A stretch of DNA of 46,986 nucleotides, taken from NCBI GenBank assembly GCA_049599475.1, contig JBMYOQ010000029.1, forward strand, positions 1-46,986, in the 5' to 3' direction. Below the pieces are notes generated by a model. That model was not told the DNA's origin and ran no database searches. It was given only the letters and a program-made list of their open reading frames with translations. How positions within the stretch are numbered: position 1 is the stretch's first letter; every line of letters starts with the position of its first letter. This document shows positions 43,613 to 46,986 of the stretch, piece after piece. The DNA is from Opitutales bacterium (lineage in GTDB: Bacteria; Verrucomicrobiota; Verrucomicrobiia; Opitutales; JABSRG01). Made by a program: the position numbers and the translations under genes.

Positions 43613-46399
43613 TTAGAAATCACGTGTCAAACGCACGAACCAGAATGCTGGTTGGACAATATTGACAGCAGGATTAATTGTGAGTGTCTCGTCCTTGTCA
43701 CGAGGAGGCTCTGAGTTGAACACGTTGTTCACACCCACAGTAATCTTCGTATCGAAGAAACCAGAGTAAGAAACTTGTGGATTGAATGTCCACTGGGCCT
43801 CTGTTGGTGGAATATCAAACTCATCGAAGATGGACTTGTATTCGTCGATGAAGTAGGCGTAAACCGAAGCAGCCCAGTCACCCTTGCGCCATGAAACAAC
43901 ACCTGATCCACGCCATTCTGGGTGGTTGTCTTCACCGGCAAGCTCAACGCCAGCAAACTCGTAGGAAGTGATGTATGTCGCGTCAACCGATGCACGGAAT
44001 TCACCGAAATTGTCGGTTTCTTTGATGTATTTAATACCAAAATCCCAACCTTCGTATGTTGCTTCGTCGATGTTTTGGAAGTTCGCGTTTACGAATGCGA
44101 TAGTACCAGCACTTTCACCAATTCCAGCTGGGTTACGAACAACCAAGCCAGGAATTTCATCTTCAAGGGCAAGTGCCTCAGATGCCGACAGCGAGTCGAT
44201 CAACTCGGACTGATCGAATTTGAAGTACTCAGCTGAGAATGTGAAGTCTTCGAGGACAGGGACGTCCACCGGAGAAAGAATAACGCCTCCGTAGTAAACA
44301 TCTGTCTCTTCAGCATCAAGAAGTGGGTTACCACCAGAGATAGAACGAACCTGGTTAGGCGCATCGTTCGGACGCTTCGGGTCAATCAGGAATTGAGGCG
44401 AGAAGCTAACTCCCTGCTCTGAATACAGATAAGGAAGATCTGGAGCACGGAAGGCCTCACTGTAAGAACCTCTCAGGAGCAACCACTCGGTAGGACGCCA
44501 CTTGATGGCCACCTTTGGCTTGGTTGTTTCACCGAAGTCACTGTAATCCTCATAACGGGCAGCCACTTGAGCTTCTACTGTAGAGATAATTGGAATCGAA
44601 AGCTCTGCATAGGCAGAGAAGACTTCGCGATCGCCGAAGGTGTTAGAACCTTGAGATCCACCAATTATTTGGCCGGTTTCATTCAAGCTTGTACCAATAG
44701 ACTCTAGAGTATCTTCACGGTATTCCATACCAAGCGCAATTCCGAGAGGCCCTGCAGGCAGCTCATAAAGGATACCTGATGCACTCACGTCGGCAATCAA
44801 CACTTCATACGAATCATTGTTTGGATTCGCGATGGTGTAGTAATCGACAACACGAGGGTCGTTGGTTCCGAATGGATTCGCGTATAAGGTTTCCCCATCA
44901 ATTTCTACACCGTTAAGAGCATCTTGTAGAAGTTGATCCTGAACAGACCCCTTGTTCAAGTTCGTCAGGCTAGACTTTGAGTAACTCACTGCAGATTCCC
45001 ATGACCAATCGAAACCAATGTCTCCACGGAGACCCGCGACCAATCTTGGGTACTCGATTGTAAGGTCATTGATACGATTACCAGACTCGATCATCCGCCA
45101 GCGCAGACCATCGATGTCGCCACTCAAATCAACTCCAAATGGGTTGTAAGGGTTGGCAGCTGGCATCTGTAGGAGTCCGAGTGCAGAATCACCATTCTCG
45201 TTAAAGAAGAATGCTGGTGATGGCGCCGAGTGAGACTCGATTTCAACCCTGCGATAAGATACTTCACCAAACGCCTGGAGCATATCTGTAATTTGATGCT
45301 CGATAGACGTATAGAAGCCGAATGTGCGGCTTTCAGGGATAAATCCGGCTTGCTCTTGATAGTTGTAGAACTTGTTACCGTCTTCAAAATCGGAAAGCCC
45401 TGGAGTGCTCGTGAACGGGAAAGCAATCGGGCGACCTAATGCGTCGACACTTGCAATAGATGCGCGACCAGATGGGAAAATCTGATTCGCTGGATCGTCA
45501 GGATCTCCAGTCGGATCAATCAGATAGGCTGTTGGGTCGAGTCCACGTACGTTCGCGGAAGTATTCGCTGAACTGCTCTGGTCAAAACCACCAAAATCAG
45601 ATCCATCAGGACTATCGGTGTAATCAAGGTCGCGGTTAAAAACAGCGTCTTGTTCAGTGTAGTCGAAGGTGAAAACAATGTTAGTCTTCTCTGAAGAAGC
45701 ACCAGCTATAGCAAAGAACTTTTTCTCAAGACCTCCGGTATCAAAGTAATCTCCGACAGATGTTTGCACCTGCAGACCTGAGAAGTCTTTGCGCAGCTTG
45801 AGGTTAATGGTACCCGCAACAGCGTCTGAACCGTAAATAGCGGAGCCACCGTCCTTCTGAATTTCAAGAGATTCGATCGCTGCAATCGGAATACTATTGT
45901 AATCGAATACTGACTGGAAGCCATTGAAACCGGGAGATGGGTAAAGAGCAGCACGACGCCCATTGATCAAGGCAAGTGTATTGTTATTTCCCAATCCGCG
46001 CAGGTTGACGGTACTAACACCTGGGGTGAAGGAGGTACCTGAATCAGTACTGTTCAAACTTTGACCGCTCGCGAAAGGCAACGCGCGCAGTGCATCACCT
46101 ACCGTCGAGAAACCAGTAGCATCAAGCTCTTCACGGGTGATCACGAGAACCGGTGAAGGTGTCTCAAGATCGATACGCTTAATGCGAGAGCCGGTTACGG
46201 TGTATGTTTTTACATCTTCTTCCTCTGAGAGGATCTGCTCTTCAGCTTCAGGAGCTTCTTGAGCGAAGGCGGTACCCGCGATAGCCAAGGCCAAGGCCGA
46301 GGTTTTCGTCAGATATCCCGCGTTTTGAAACCAACGTTTAGCACAGATCGAATCTGGCCCAACCGTAGTTTCTACGTCTGGATTTTCGTAGTTGTTCAT
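43613..46399 (-). CDS. TonB-dependent outer membrane receptor (928 aa)
   Basis: Signal ..TAFA|QE; TonB box TVTGSRIKR; VNLRGLG..TLALINGRR; KDGGSAIYGSDAVAGTIN; RYEDYSDFG; FRAP; GNP.L.AE; terminal Phe. Confidence 0.95.
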   Translation of the reverse strand: MNNYENPDVETTVGPDSICAKRWFQNAGYLTKTSALALAIAGTAFAQEAPEAEEQILSEEEDVKTYTVTGSRIKRIDLETPSPVLVITREELDATGFSTVGDALRALPFASGQSLNSTDSGTSFTPGVSTVNLRGLGNNNTLALINGRRAALYPSPGFNGFQSVFDYNSIPIAAIESLEIQKDGGSAIYGSDAVAGTINLKLRKDFSGLQVQTSVGDYFDTGGLEKKFFAIAGASSEKTNIVFTFDYTEQDAVFNRDLDYTDSPDGSDFGGFDQSSSANTSANVRGLDPTAYLIDPTGDPDDPANQIFPSGRASIASVDALGRPIAFPFTSTPGLSDFEDGNKFYNYQEQAGFIPESRTFGFYTSIEHQITDMLQAFGEVSYRRVEIESHSAPSPAFFFNENGDSALGLLQMPAANPYNPFGVDLSGDIDGLRWRMIESGNRINDLTIEYPRLVAGLRGDIGFDWSWESAVSYSKSSLTNLNKGSVQDQLLQDALNGVEIDGETLYANPFGTNDPRVVDYYTIANPNNDSYEVLIADVSASGILYELPAGPLGIALGMEYREDTLESIGTSLNETGQIIGGSQGSNTFGDREVFSAYAELSIPIISTVEAQVAARYEDYSDFGETTKPKVAIKWRPTEWLLLRGSYSEAFRAPDLPYLYSEQGVSFSPQFLIDPKRPNDAPNQVRSISGGNPLLDAEETDVYYGGVILSPVDVPVLEDFTFSAEYFKFDQSELIDSLSASEALALEDEIPGLVVRNPAGIGESAGTIAFVNANFQNIDEATYEGWDFGIKYIKETDNFGEFRASVDATYITSYEFAGVELAGEDNHPEWRGSGVVSWRKGDWAASVYAYFIDEYKSIFDEFDIPPTEAQWTFNPQVSYSGFFDTKITVGVNNVFNSEPPRDKDETLTINPAVNIVQPAFWFVRLTRDF

Positions 46400-46797
46400 A
46401 TGTAGTCTGAGTTTTCCCGGACCTTAGGATTGGAGGCCGAGAAAAATTGAGAGATAATTTTTTTTCTGAGACAAAATAAGCACACATGAGCGCTTTGAAA
46501 TTGTGGTGCCTGAGAGAGGCCGAATTTTTTAAAGAACAAAATTTCATAAAAGCCGCTTATGATACGCACAGTCTGGAGTGGCTGTTATTGCGCGTACGCA
46601 CTCGCCGATAAAGTATTAGCAATATCAATGCTAGGGATGCCTTTTTTTCACAAATTGATAGTCAAAAATCAATAACCGTTTTCAACTAAGGACAGAGGAG
46701 CGACTTTCGGGAGTTATGGCCCGTCGATCGCGAGTATCCGTTTTGGCTAAGCCATTTGATTAGACAAACTTTTTACATTCACAACGCCTTATTAGTA

Positions 46798-46826
46798 GAG
46801 CTACTCATAAGCGTTATGAGTAGCTC
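46798..46826. repeat. Perfect 13 bp inverted repeat with a 3 nt spacer
   Basis: GAGCTACTCATAA-GCG-TTATGAGTAGCTC. Confidence 0.85.
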
Positions 46827-46935
46827 GATGACTTCGCGTGATTAGAGGCGCCAATCGCTCACCTCGAACATCCATCAACCTCGCTAAAACGAAGAGATAA
46901 TAGAGGACCTAAGTTTCTAGTTTTACTTTGCTAGA

Positions 46936-46986
46936 TGTCATTTTGCGGGTTAAAGTGCACCACTCGTTTGCGGGTCAAAGTGCACC
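46936..46986. mobile_element. Terminal inverted repeat of an IS21-like element; the element body lies outside the window to the right
   Basis: TGTCAT followed by TTTGCGGGTYAAAGTGCACC twice (46942 and 46967, 25 bp period); inverted match to 1-52. Confidence 0.75.

Noticed and set aside
46495..46512. Sigma-54 promoter for the receptor operon (minus strand AGGCAC-N5-TTTC)
   Set aside because: The -12 element lacks the conserved GC.
46942..46986. Direct repeats at both window edges as a CRISPR array or iterons
   Set aside because: Only two units per edge with ~5 nt spacers, a TGTC terminus and no cas or rep gene; IS21-type ends fit better.
1..46986. Whole window as a composite transposon or excised circle
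   Set aside because: It carries core housekeeping genes (pyrF, ispDEF, ptsI), and the inner flanks of the two IS ends are not a duplicated target.

Overview
A 47 kb bacterial window, probably from Verrucomicrobiota (Opitutae/Puniceicoccales-like). That assignment is an inference from the minimal flagellin, the 'S.DL..W...FFR' C-terminal tail and the gene content. Each edge carries about 50 bp of an IS21-type terminus, so the window looks like a contig broken at two IS copies. From left to right: (1) a + strand cluster of three giant secreted proteins, the first apparently having lost its start codon to the IS, followed by a rhomboid protease; (2) a - strand four-gene putative conflict/defence operon (13372-22679) comprising a frameshifted DUF4062/TIR-like-STAND NTPase-ankyrin receptor, a coupled 216-aa unknown protein, a SLOG + tandem SLATT membrane protein, and a TIR-TM-sugar-binding-protein fusion, which is the most novel-looking system here; (3) an orphan minimal flagellin and a Fur-box-preceded TonB-dependent receptor; (4) a nested inverted-repeat/REP cluster; (5) housekeeping genes (PNPOx-like, HD hydrolase, ptsI, ispE, pyrF, ispD, ispF, DoxX); (6) a TonB-dependent receptor + TtpB/TtpC/ExbB/2xExbD/TonB/TPR operon ending in an active S9 peptidase and a catalytically degenerate paralogue. 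All family calls come from visual motif recognition; no database searches were run.
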